From Dipteris shenzhenensis (Eukaryota), in assembly GCA_047967505.1 (NCBI GenBank), contig CM106538.1: DNA of 64,000 nt. The stretch is one strand, 5' to 3'. The notes beneath the pieces are model-generated. The model was not told the origin of the DNA and did no database searches. It saw only the letters and a list, made by a program, of their open reading frames with translations. Numbering within the stretch: the stretch's first letter is position 1; every line of letters starts with the position of its first letter. A program made the position numbers and the translations under genes. Below, piece after piece: positions 1 to 11,847 of the stretch.

Positions 1-702
1 GATACTTATATCTCATGATATGTCATAAACAAGACTCACATGCCCTATAAATGTAGAGGTTGCAACCATTTGCAAGCATTGGCTATTGTCTTTTTGCTAT
101 CACTAAGTATAGGAGAAAGGAGACAATCCAACATATATACACGGTTCTATACTGATCTAGGAAACCTCAAGATACCTATACTACATCAATAAATAAATGA
201 ATATTAGCTTCCTAGATTCAATCAAAATATTGAGTTATCAATCCGAGAACAAGTTAGTATCAGGCCTAAGAATGGCCATCATAACATTGTCATTGACCTC
301 TTTTGAATGAACATAGAGGATTGAAACCTCCTCTCCACCAAATTTGACATATTGATGTTCATGTTGAACCACAACCCTAACATTAAAAGAGCTTTCCATT
401 TCTTTGAATGTAGCCTCATTTGTAGAATTAAGATCTTCTATCCTCTTTGTCTCTTTGACAGCATTTATTTCACACTCCTTTGAGCCATTATCTATTTGAT
501 TTGGGGGATGGTCTACAATAATGCCCATAATAAATGCTCAAATGGTACATATTAAAAATGCATGTAGATGTAAGTCCATATATGTTGTTAGTGTGGTCTC
601 ACTCTGCATCTCATAAATTTGACCAAGTACCAACAAGCAATTGTAACTGACCCTCCACCCACAATTGTGGCTATCTTTTTTATGTGGTACCTAACATGTT
701 AT

Positions 703-1062
703 TGGGAAGAGAGTGGGAGAGAAGTAAGGAGTCTCACTTGTAGCTTTCTCACATACACAATGGGGGAATACACACAAAGGTGGAGGTTGAAAACAATTTT
801 CCTCTTCTTAGTTGTGAAAGCCAAAAGAACTCTCTCTCTTAATACAAAAGAAATAGATGAACCCTATATGTGCGTCTCAAACCAAACTTAGCTAACCTAG
901 GTGGCATACTAACTAAGACACTAACTAGAGTACATAAAGATAGTTGTCATCCAGCTATTATTCATGGGCAGTGTACCAATCGCATCTGTAGCTAACAAGT
1001 CAGTGACATAAATGCACAACGGTCACCCTGGCATATCACGAGTGGAGCTCGATATCTCAACA
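703..1062 (-). repeat. 3' LTR of copia A copy 1
   Basis: Matches the other family-A LTRs; abuts the PPT. Confidence 0.92.
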
Positions 1063-4000
1063 CTCCCCCTCGAGCTCAATCCCAATTCCTACACACCAAG
1101 CATGTCTCTGAACTTGCACAGCTTCTCTACACCCAATGCCTTCATGAATATGTCAACTACCTGATCCTCTATGCTAACATAAACCAGATCAATAAAACCT
1201 ACCTGAACCTTCTCCTGCACATAGTGATAATGCATCTCAATGTGCTTTGTTCTAGCATGACAGACTAGGTTATTTGCCAAGTGTATACTGCTCATGTTGT
1301 CACAATAAATGACAATTGGCCCATCTATAGACTAATGCATATCATAAAGTAGCTTACACAACCAAGGTACCTCACATGCAGCCATTGCTGCACCCCTGTA
1401 CTCAGCCTCTGTGCTCGACAAGGCAACTATAGGCTATTTCTTACTACTCTAAGTGACTACAACACTCCCAAAAGAGAACACATATCCACTAGTAGATTGT
1501 CTATCAGACATACTACCAACCCAATCAGCATTAGTGTATCTATGCAACTGTATTTGAACCCCAGTCTCAAAAAATAGTCCATACTACAATGTGGACTTCA
1601 CATACCTCAGTATGCATCTAACCGCATCCAAACATGGTTTCCTTGGAACCTGCATAAACTGACTTATCAACCCAATAGCATACTAGCCTGGTAACAGTCA
1701 TATAAATCAAACTTCCTACTATGCGTCTGTACATACTAGGGTCTTCCAAAAGCTCACCTGCATCTATCCTCAACTTCACATTCTGCTCCAAAGGAACTGA
1801 AATAGGCTTACAGCTTGTCATCCCATGTTTGGATAGCATGTCCAATCCATGCTGCCTCTGCAAGAGCCATATCTGACTTGTGGATCTAATCACCTCAATT
1901 CCCAAGAAGTAACGTAGCTCTCCCAAATCCTTCATCTCAAACTTCTGCTTCAATAGCATTTTCACATGAAGGATATCTTCATCACTATCACTTGTGATGA
2001 TCAAATCATCAACATAAACGACAAGCAACATAATAGCTTTCTTTGTTTTTCTCACATAAAGTGAGAAATCTACCATGGAAATCTAAAAGCCAATAATGAC
2101 AAGATACTGTCCTATCTTGTCAGACCATGCTCTAGGTGCTTGCTTCAAGCCATACAAGGCTTTCTTCAACCTACAAACAAACTTAGGACGAACAGCATGC
2201 ACATAACTTGGTGGCCGCTCCATATAGACCTCTTCTTGCAAATCACCATGCAAGAAAGCATTCCTTACATCCATTTGATGTAAAGACCATCCCTTTGATG
2301 CAGTTATAACAATGACTGCTCTTCTGGTTGTCATCCTTGCAATCGGACTGAATGTTTCTTCATAATCAATGCCATATGTCTGTGCATAGCCCTTGACAAC
2401 TAATCTTGCCTTGTATTTGCTCACAGAACCATCTGCATTGTGCTTCACCTTATAGACCCACTTGCAGCCAATTGCATTCTTGTCTTTAGGCAAAGGCACC
2501 AATTCCCATGTAGCATTTGCTTCCAAGGCATATATTTCTTCATCCATGGCTTTCTCCCATTTTTCTTTTCCCATGGCTTGCTCAAAAGAAGTGGGTTCAG
2601 GTTCATGTATCACTTTGACCATATAGGCATAGTGAATGGCTGTAAATCCATCATATTTCAGCCTATCCATAGGATACTTAACTCTAGTAGACCTACGCAA
2701 AATAGGCTCACTACTAGGTGCTCTCAAAACATCCCTTGTCTTCCTTACTCCAGGTGTAACAATAGAAGGAATGCCCAACTCATCATCAAGGCTCTGTTTC
2801 TCGAGCCATTGGATTCACCATCCACATAAGAGTGACGTGCATTCACATCAACCATGGGCTGATCTACTTTCTCTTTTCCCTTTTGTGATACTTGCATACC
2901 AATATCTCCATTGCTTTGAGGAGATTCTCTTGATCTCAATCTGCTTGTCCATGGCAAAGTATTTGAACCACTGTTAGAGGATAGTACAGGTCCACTAATA
3001 TTTTATGAATGCTGCTATGAATTCTGTGCAGCATTACCATTTTGTGCATCTACATCATCAATCACATTTACTGGTTTATACCAGCTGCTCACCTCATAAA
3101 AAACAACATCTCTGCTCATTGTAAACTTACGAGTAGAAGGGTTATAGCATCTATACCCTTTCTGCTGCAGAGAATAACCAATAAAGATGCACTTCTTAGC
3201 TTTTGGATCCAACTTGGATCTCAACTCATCTGGCACATGAACATAGGCAATGCAACCAAAAACTTTCAAATGAGAAATATGTGGTTTCCTACCAGTATAC
3301 CTCTCCTCTAGCATCATGCCATGTATTGCTGCAGTGGGAGTCCTGTTCATTATGTAGACTGCTGTAGCAGCTACTTCAGCCCAATAATAATCTGGCAAGT
3401 CTTTTTCATTGAGCATGGCATGAGATACCTCTCTAATATGCCTGTTTTTCCTTTCTGCAAGTCCATTTTACTATGGGGTATGACTGCATGAATATTGCTA
3501 CTTTATGCCATGCTCCTACAGGAACCTTGCAAACTCATTTGAGAGGTACTCTCCCCCTCCATCTCTGACCTTAGACATTTTATTTGCAGGCTTGTTTCTT
3601 TCTCAACCATAGCTTTAAAAGCTTTGAAATGCCCAAACACTTCACTTTTCTTTTTCATAAAATATATCCAACCTTTTCTGCTGAGTCATCAATAAAAGTG
3701 GCAAAATAATGACAGCCTCCAACAAATGTAGATTTCATAGCCAAATTGGCAGGCTTCACATACCTTATGCATTTCTGCAACCTTGAACTTAGGCAATCCT
3801 ACAACAATATTTTGGGCTTGCATTAATTTAAGTCGTTGTACATTAACATGACCAATTGACCAATGCGTTTATGCCAGAACTCAATATCTGCAACTATAGC
3901 AGTCCCATGTGAAAACATTGCTGCACTCAATTCAGGCATGTCCGTATCCAACGTAAACATTATGCCCTTCTTCTTCCCTTTTGCTATCAAGCAACCTTTA

Positions 4001-5777
4001 TTTTTCATATCCTTAACAAAGCATCCATGACGATTAAATCTAACTTGCAAGCCTTGCTCAACCATTTGACCAACAAAAACTAGGTTCTTGGTGATATTCA
4101 GGACATGAAATACATCAGACAGTAATTTCTTTTTCCCATCTTGCATAGACAGAGGAATTTTACCAATCTGCACAATAGGATGTGCACTATCATCACCAGT
4201 CTCCACAAATCCTGGTCTTTCCATTTCCCTTGCATCTTGCATTCATTCTACATGACCTATCATGTGGTTTGATGCACTTGAGTCAACATACCACACATCA
4301 TTGCTTTCTTCTATACTTGTCACAGAATTGGTCATGTGCTACAGCATAAACAAATGCTCATTTCTGTCATCACCCTATCTACTAGAGGATGCATAATTGC
4401 CTTGCTACAATTTTCCATTCATGATGTCATTCTACTTTTTGTAGCAGTCTTTAACCATATGACCCATTTTACCATATAGTAGTTGCATTCAACATTGCTG
4501 TATTTTGGCCTCTTTGCCATCCAGCTCGACCTCTTTGGCTCCCCCTGCCTCTAAGGTTACCACGTCCTCCTCCATAGGACTAGTTTTCTTGAATTTGCTG
4601 CATATTCTGATTTTTACCATGGCCTCCAGATCAGCCTGCTCTTGCACCACCATTTCTCTGCTCTTCAAAAATTAGAAGAGCAATCAACTCCCCAAAATCA
4701 AGAAAATTCTCATGGACGGCAATGGATGTCCGAAACTGTGCATAATCCTTTCCTAGACCATTCAAGGTCACAGAAACTAAATCATCATCTTCCACTGGCA
4801 ACCCAATGGAAGCAAGTGCATCTGTAATCTTCTTCACCTTCATGTGGTAGTCATTGATGCTCATATTTTCTCTTTGAACATTATGCAACTCCTGCTTGAG
4901 CTACATTTTCTTGACTTGCGTATTTGTGCTATACATTTTTGTCAAAGTATCCCTTGCCTCCTTCGGCGTGCTTGCATCCTGAATATGCACAATCATAGAA
5001 TCTCAAATATTGATAGATAGTCAGTACATAACTTCTTGGCTCTCTCATGCCCCTCTTTAAATGCCTGCAACTCCTGTTGATTGGGAACATTAGGAATAAT
5101 TGGTTCTTGTTCAGCTCCAGTAATGAACCCCCAATAGCCTTTTCCCTTAAGGAAATTCGTCATTCTAAACTTCCATGCTGGGAAGTTGTTCTTGTCAAGC
5201 TTTTTAGTGACTATCTATGAAAGAGCATCAGACGCTATTATAGAAAAGTGAAAAAATATTCTGTCAGTGCAAAAACCACAACTTCTGCCTCACAAGGGCA
5301 AATCTGCAAAACTGATGAAAGTGGTATTTGACCACACAGTCACTTCCTAGTGATGATTTTGCATCAACAGGCAATAAGACTGATTCTGTCACTCCCAATA
5401 TCTCTGCGCATAGGCATACGATGCAATTTTTGTGGCAACTTTTCACCAACATGTAGTGGTTGCACAACAAAAGCAGGGCACCTTTCTGAGTGCATGCAGA
5501 ATCTTCTGCTAGCAAAACGAGCCCCAAAATGGCCTCGAATCAAAAAAATAATGTCACCAAGGGCTTTGCCTTGTCTTGCAACATATACTACCCTCTCGCC
5601 ACACCGTAAAGGGCATCCCGATCTGAGATAGTGCACTCTTGTACTTTCCAGTTGTGCTACCTATAGAGATTTGCTCCCAAAGTCGAAAAAGGAAAGCAAC
5701 ACTGATCCTCTTACCAAGACACCGCAAACTTTGTTTGCTTTCTTGAGCTCCTTACCATGAACTGAGCTCTGATACCA

Positions 5778-6128
5778 TGTGAAGAGAGTGGGAGAGAAGT
5801 AAGGAGTCTCACTTGAAGCTTTCTCACATACACAATGGGGGAATACACACAAATATGAAGGCTGAAAACAATTTTCCTCTTCTTAGTTGTGAAAGCCAAA
5901 AGAACTCTCTCTCTTAATACAAAAGGAATAGATGACCCTATATGTGGGTCTCAAACCAAACTCAGCTAACCCTAGGTGGCATACTAACTGAGCCACTAAC
6001 TAGAGTACATAAAGATAGCTGTCATCCACATGGGCGGTGTACTAATTGCATCTGTAGCTAACAAGTTGGTGACATAAATGCACAACGGTCACCCTGGCAT
6101 ATCATGAGTGGAGCTTAATATCTCAACA
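5778..6128 (-). repeat. 5' LTR of copia A copy 1
   Basis: TG...CA ends; abuts the PBS; ~10-bp internal deletion relative to the 3' LTR. Confidence 0.92.
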
Positions 6129-6189
6129 ATTATATACTCTATTTGCTGTATCAAGTCACTATACTCTATTTCCTGTGTCAAGTCACCTT

Positions 6190-8030
6190 GTCGAATTAAT
6201 GCATCGATGGCACCTACCAACTTTCAAGTTGACCTTCCCATTATAACATATAACAAGAGTAAATGTGTGCATTGCATATGATGCATAACATGGAATTAAA
6301 AACACATGTAGTCTATACATACTATGACACATTGCCATGGACAGATGTTGTAGTATTCTCCCAAGTCGGCACCAGTAGAAGGGGTAGGTGTTTTTCATGA
6401 CAATTTGATCCCCTGTCAGTATTTTGCTCATAACTTTTTGCTCGATGGTCCAATTTGGACAAAACTTATATTAATTGAAGCTCTCTTCAAAGAGCATCAT
6501 CCTATGTCTATAGTTATTATATTAGATATCAAACCAAAAATCTTTGACTCTCTATGTGTGACTAATTTTTTTTAAAGATAGTTTTTACCCCCATCAAGTA
6601 AACTACCCATATCTTTCAGATTGCTTCTTTGTTTCTTATGAAACTTATATTAGAGTGAAGCCCATTTCAAGATGCATCTCAATATGTGATTGAATATTTT
6701 ATATCATGTATCTGCTGAAAGTTATGGATCTCTGTGTCTTATGACAGTTTGGAGAGTGTTTTGAGCTAAGTGTAAAGGTGTCTACGAAGGAGGTGCAATG
6801 TTTCCTCAGAACCTACCCATCCGACCCAATCAGCCCCTTTTGACTCCTCGATATATATCAGTTCATGTCATGTTGAGCTGTAAGATCTTCTTTCAATAAT
6901 GTATCACTCTTCTCTTTAGCAGAGACCGGCTTGTTGAGATTATGGCCTCCTCTGATCCTTTCCTTCTCCCTATGCTTGAGTATAACATCACTTGGGATGT
7001 TACCATCTTCATTCTCATATAAGGGAGGATAGTATGGTGTGGTCTCTTAGTACAAAATTTTCTTTTTAATGTCCCTTTCCCAGTGATGAATATCCCTATC
7101 ACTTAGTTTAAAAGGAGTAGGAAGTGAAGAGGTGCGTGAAGTTTGTTACCCCCAACTTCATGTCACATCTTTTTGGTGGAGACGCCAAGTAAGTTTGGTA
7201 TTGAATTCATCCCACCTTACTAGAGATGATTCTGGTGTACTTGATTTCATGTTATGCCTAGTATGGGCATCTATTTTTTGATGTGATAAAGAAGATGCCT
7301 GGAAGAACTCCGTTAGAAGAGATTGCAGCCTGCATTTAAGAGAACTAGAAGATTGTGAAGGTTATGCTCAAGATATTCACAGGGTCATCATGATCATATC
7401 CTTTATGTTTGCACTCTTGAATATGTTGGTGAATCAAGAACACCGGTTGCAGACACAATGATAGATTGGGAATTGTTTCATGCACTGGCAGCCTGGTGTG
7501 AAGAAGAGTTGAGTCTTTGGGTAGTTTTTAACTATAACAGTGGAGTGGTGATTCTCAAAGCTTTCAACTTCTTTTGCTATGCAAATGATGAAGAGTACAA
7601 TATCTTGAAGCCATTATGTGCACTTCCAATTGTGATAAGGGTGATTCTTGAATACATGTATACACACTATTTTCATGGTGCTAGTTGGTCAAAGATTTTG
7701 TTGAGGATCACATTATGGAGGGTTTTCAACAAGTAGTTATGCATAATAAGTTGGTCTTGATATAGTAAGGCTCTGTGGGATCTTGTTTGTGATATTATTT
7801 GGATTTTGTTTCATCATGGTGAAGATTCCAATGTTTCGAGGGACCCAAGGGAAAGACCTAGAGTCTTATCTTTGGGATTTTGTTTGAAGATACCAGCTTT
7901 TTGGATGGTCCATGAAGGATCGGGCGGAGATTTTGCCTAATTTTCTTGAAGATGTAGCCTTGACATGGCATGAGGCCTTGCTGTACTCTACCAAAGAGGA
8001 CTGGGACTAAGTGGTGGCTACAATGAAGTT
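6190..8030 (+). mobile_element. Decayed Ty3/gypsy 5' remnant (LTR end, tRNA-Ala-type PBS, gag fragment)
   Basis: ...tgtcaca at 7167 followed by tggtggagacgcc (7174-7186), complementary to the tRNA-Ala 3' end. 7817-8030 reads MVKIPMFRGTQGKDLESYLWDF...LPNFLEDVALTWHEAL, retrotransposon gag-like, with stops. Left boundary uncertain. Confidence 0.55.
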
Positions 8031-9419
8031 TTGAAAACCATTCATGTGCACTATATTAGATACAATTGGGATGTTTGCCTATTCGAGGATGCTCATGTTT
8101 GCCTACTAGAGGATGTTTTCTTGTTGGAGGATGCTTATGGGATCTTAAGAAAAGGTTGGACTAAAATTAGGGCCTAGGCTCCATTCCCTATGCCCTTCCT
8201 TCCTCTCAACTTGCTATACCCATACCAAAATTTACTTTCCCATTTGCACCTCAATTTTTATGTTTTTTCTTCCTAAGTCCCATCATTCTATCAAGTAATC
8301 ATCATTCTATTGAGTATTTATCATGCAAGTTGAGGTTATGCTCATTATTGATCATTGTGCATGCTACGATTGTGTTCACTTGTAATCATCGTGCAAAATC
8401 AAAGCTAATGCACTTCAGTTTTGCAAGTTTGTTTTATTTGATGATGATCTTTACTCAAAAGTATATTTTCGTTGCTCTGCTTAGCTAACAAAAATCTATT
8501 ACTACATAGAAATCTATTTCATTGCACAAAATTTTATCAAACTATTGCTTTTTGGATTTCTAAAGGAAGTGAATGTGAAGGAGGGATACAATGTATCTGG
8601 GGGTGCTATAGTCCACATTGATAGAAATATGGTTGAGGAAGTGCTCAAAGTCCATGGAGGCAGTTTGCAGGTTGGATAGCTAGTGCCCAGCTAGTGTGTT
8701 TGCAAGCTACATGGTAGGATGAAGGCTCTTTTGTACTACATCGAGTAAGAGCCAAGCATCAAAGAGGATTCCTAGATGACCGTGATTTCATATTTGGATT
8801 CGAAAGTAAAGGACTTTGCATCCATGGAAGGTCGTCATACTGTGCATAGTAACTTGGGGACATTAAAGGATAAGGTGCATTGTACTCATGTAGATCAAGG
8901 ATTAGATCTAGTGGAGGATATGCAAGATCAATAGTGTGAGACCTACATGGACAAGGTTTGATCTCTCATTTTTTAAAGGTCCTTGAACTTGTCAAATAAG
9001 GAAATGTACAAGTTTTGGAAAGAAAAAGATAGTAGAGACAAAAATGAAACACACAATTGTGTGCAAATACACATGGATTATGTCAAACTTGAGCTGATTA
9101 ACCTTGCTAAAGGAGGAGTTTACTTGTTCTTTATGAAAATATTAACATGTTTTGATGTGCTAGTGAGGTTGCTTGAGTTTGAGTGTGATCTTCTAGCAAA
9201 TGCATACAATGTGAAATTCCTTGATGGAGGGTTTTTCTTACTATTTTGTGGTGTAAAAAGCTATGCAAAATATGTATCTTGACACATCGTCTATGCTTTC
9301 ATGAGCGATTGTGTCGGTGTTTCCATGGAACCCTACATTTGGTATCAACGAGTTTCTTTTCTTTGTGGTGAGGAAAAATGACCATATATTACATTATATC
9401 AAATAGATAAAAATATATA

Positions 9420-10130
9420 AGTGCACCTAGAACTCGGAATCTAGAATAATAAATTTGGAACCTAAAAAAAGTGAACTTGAAATGTATGAACCTAGAACTT
9501 AAAACGTGAACTTGGCAATAAGTGAATTTGCAATGAGCGTACTTGGACTAAGTGAACCCAAAACTTGGAACAAGTGAAGATCAAAATTTGAATAGATGAA
9601 CCTTGACCAAGTGAACGTAGAACACAAAATGATTGAATCTAGGACCTGGAACCTATGAACCCAAGCCAATTGGAGGCCAAAATCCAAAAGAATAAACATA
9701 AAACTTAGAATAAGTGAACTTAGTGAACACAAAACCCAAAACAATTGAATTTGGAAGTCAAAACAAAGAACATAGAACCCAAAACACGAGAACCAACATC
9801 CACAAAAAGTGAAGCAAACCCAAAATAAGAACTAAAATATCAATTCAAAACAACTGAATTTGGAAGTCAAAACAAATGAACCTAGAACCCAAAACATGAT
9901 AACCAACATCCACAAAAAGTGAAGCAAACCCAAAATAAGAACGAAAATATCAATTCAAAACTTTGGAACAAGCAAACCAGAATTCAAAACATTGAAGAAG
10001 TGAACTTGGAATGCGAGAACTTAGAATAAGGGCATTGAAGCAAATGAATCCAGACCCAAGAGAACCACAAAAACGTGACCCCAAATAATCTAGAACCTTG
10101 AAAAAGTATACCCAAAACCTAAAACCCTTG
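9420..10130. repeat. A/C-skewed degenerate tandem repeat (gaacc(t/c)a(g/a)aa motifs) with a ~110-bp direct duplication
   Basis: Repeated gaacctagaa/gaacccaaaa motifs; 9742-9850 is repeated at 9851-9960. Confidence 0.8.
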
Positions 10131-10267
10131 TGGTGATCCCCAAAAGTAGCCAACTTTACTTCCTCTCCTAAAGTCCTCAAACCCCATCAAGGGAGCAAAT
10201 AATTGAAACATTATGGGTTGAGAACCAAGTCTCTAAGAAACCTACCTTTTGAAATAGATATAGCTAT

Positions 10268-11847
10268 TTAGAGTTTTCTATGTATACCATGTCGTTGATA
10301 TGCAATAATTATCATTTTTGACAAACCAAGAGCATCAAAAAATTGAAGGGTTATCAATATCATTGTAGCCACCAGTGTTTGCATTACTTCCATAGCATTT
10401 GCCTGCACACTTGGGTCAACACCCAATGCAACTATACCCACAAGATTTTGCATTTGTGAAGCTGGCTGCCCCAATGCATCTACTTGAACATTGTGCCCTT
10501 CATGGGCTGCATTTTGCACTCTTATTCCGGGGTGTGCTCCCCTTATCTGTGGCTTTGGGTCAGATTCTGAGTCTACATCATAACCAAGCCTGATATTATC
10601 CATATCCAAAAGCAATGGATGGCTACACCAAAATCAGTAAAGGCTTTCTCTATCCAAGCTACCTAGGGACTCCTCTAGATGATTTGATGAGGATCCTGGC
10701 AATGGAACCACTGTAACCGGCCTTAGAACACTAAGGGTAGTGTATCATTCTCTACTATCTCACAAAGATGAAAATACAGCTAAATTAATTGATTGCCTTT
10801 GTTCACAAACAAAACTCAAAGCATAGAACTTCACTGCACTGCATCATGGAACCATTCAAGACAAGGGAGGCTAGAATGCCCCTACTCAGAAACATAGAGA
10901 GTGACACCTATTGGCCCCAACACTTGGCGCCCCTTGCAGTTTTTATTTAAATTGGTTAGCTCAAAGATACAAAGGGACTCCCTTCAAGGGCTCACCCGCA
11001 GGTGCAACCCAGTACAATGCCAACCCGTGGTTGTGCTAATGACCAACTCCCAGTGCTATTACCTTGGTTCCTTTTTGTAGACATGCATAATCACAAGTAG
11101 ACCAGTTTGACAGCACGCCAAGCAATGCATTACCCATTTCCAAGCCATTATGGAGCCCAAGGCCAGCCACTACACCCCTAGGAAGAGAGTATCACAATCA
11201 GTGCCCCAATCCTCTCCCGGGCCAATGGCAAGGCATCCAACATAGCAAGAACTCAGTAGAAATGGCTGTAGCAAAGAGTGTAGAAGGAAGATGAGAATTC
11301 AGCCAACAGAAAGAGCCTCTTTCAGACTGAAACAGCTCCACAAATAGGATCAGAAGCGGACAACAAACTCTGGTAGGAGAGAGCTACCTAGGAGTGTCTT
11401 CTAGCACCAGAAAAGATCAGAGAAAAGTGTGTCCAGCAAGCTGTAGCAGATCAGCCAAGAATGTGTCCACCAAAACAGCGTTTACAGCCCACAAACAGCT
11501 CCATTTTCAGTGTGCCTTGTGTTGGAAAGGTCACTCCTCATCTGTAAGACCCCATATGAGAAGAGCGTGGGAAAGGGAGACCTAGGGCAGGATGTGCCCA
11601 AGAGAAAAAGAGAGAGAGGGGGGGCTGCCACATGGGTAGCACCTCACAAGAGAAGAAGGCTGCAACAGATGGCGCGAATTATAGTGCAGATAGCAGGGCA
11701 TCCAAGTGATGGAGCGAGCCTGCAAAAGGACAGATCTAGAGCAATAGAAGCACCTAGGATGAGAAAGGCTATGAGCAGGTTAAAGGGCCTCCAAGAGGGC
11801 CTGGCAGCAACACAAGTGTTGCAGGAAAGAGAGGGGCTGTAGTGACA
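10268..11847 (-). mobile_element. Truncated LTR element: ~1.1-kb 5' LTR (10712-11847), tRNA-Glu-type PBS, short downstream ORF
   Basis: On the minus strand, tgtcac...ggttaca is followed by g + tggttccattgccagg (10695-10710), resembling the complement of the plant tRNA-Glu 3' end. ORF 10268-10615 lies just downstream and may be a gag N-terminus. Confidence 0.5.

Larger units (their letters stand above)
703..6128 (-). mobile_element. Ty1/copia LTR retrotransposon, family A, copy 1 (full length, degenerate)
   Basis: LTRs at 703-1062 and 5778-6128. PBS tggtatcagagc at 5766-5777 (-), PPT gagggggag beside 1062. Near-perfect TSD gttat/attat. Gag, protease, integrase, RT (VYVDDL) and RNase H (HARTKHIEMHYH) fragments in copia order, with many stops and frameshifts. 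Confidence 0.95.

Noticed and set aside
238-528. 96-aa ORF faintly like a copia RNase H tail
   Set aside because: Similarity too weak to call; no supporting PPT, LTR pair or upstream domains.
10921-10932. PBS-like tggcgccc on the plus strand
   Set aside because: Short match lying inside the inferred minus-strand LTR, with no gag downstream in that orientation.
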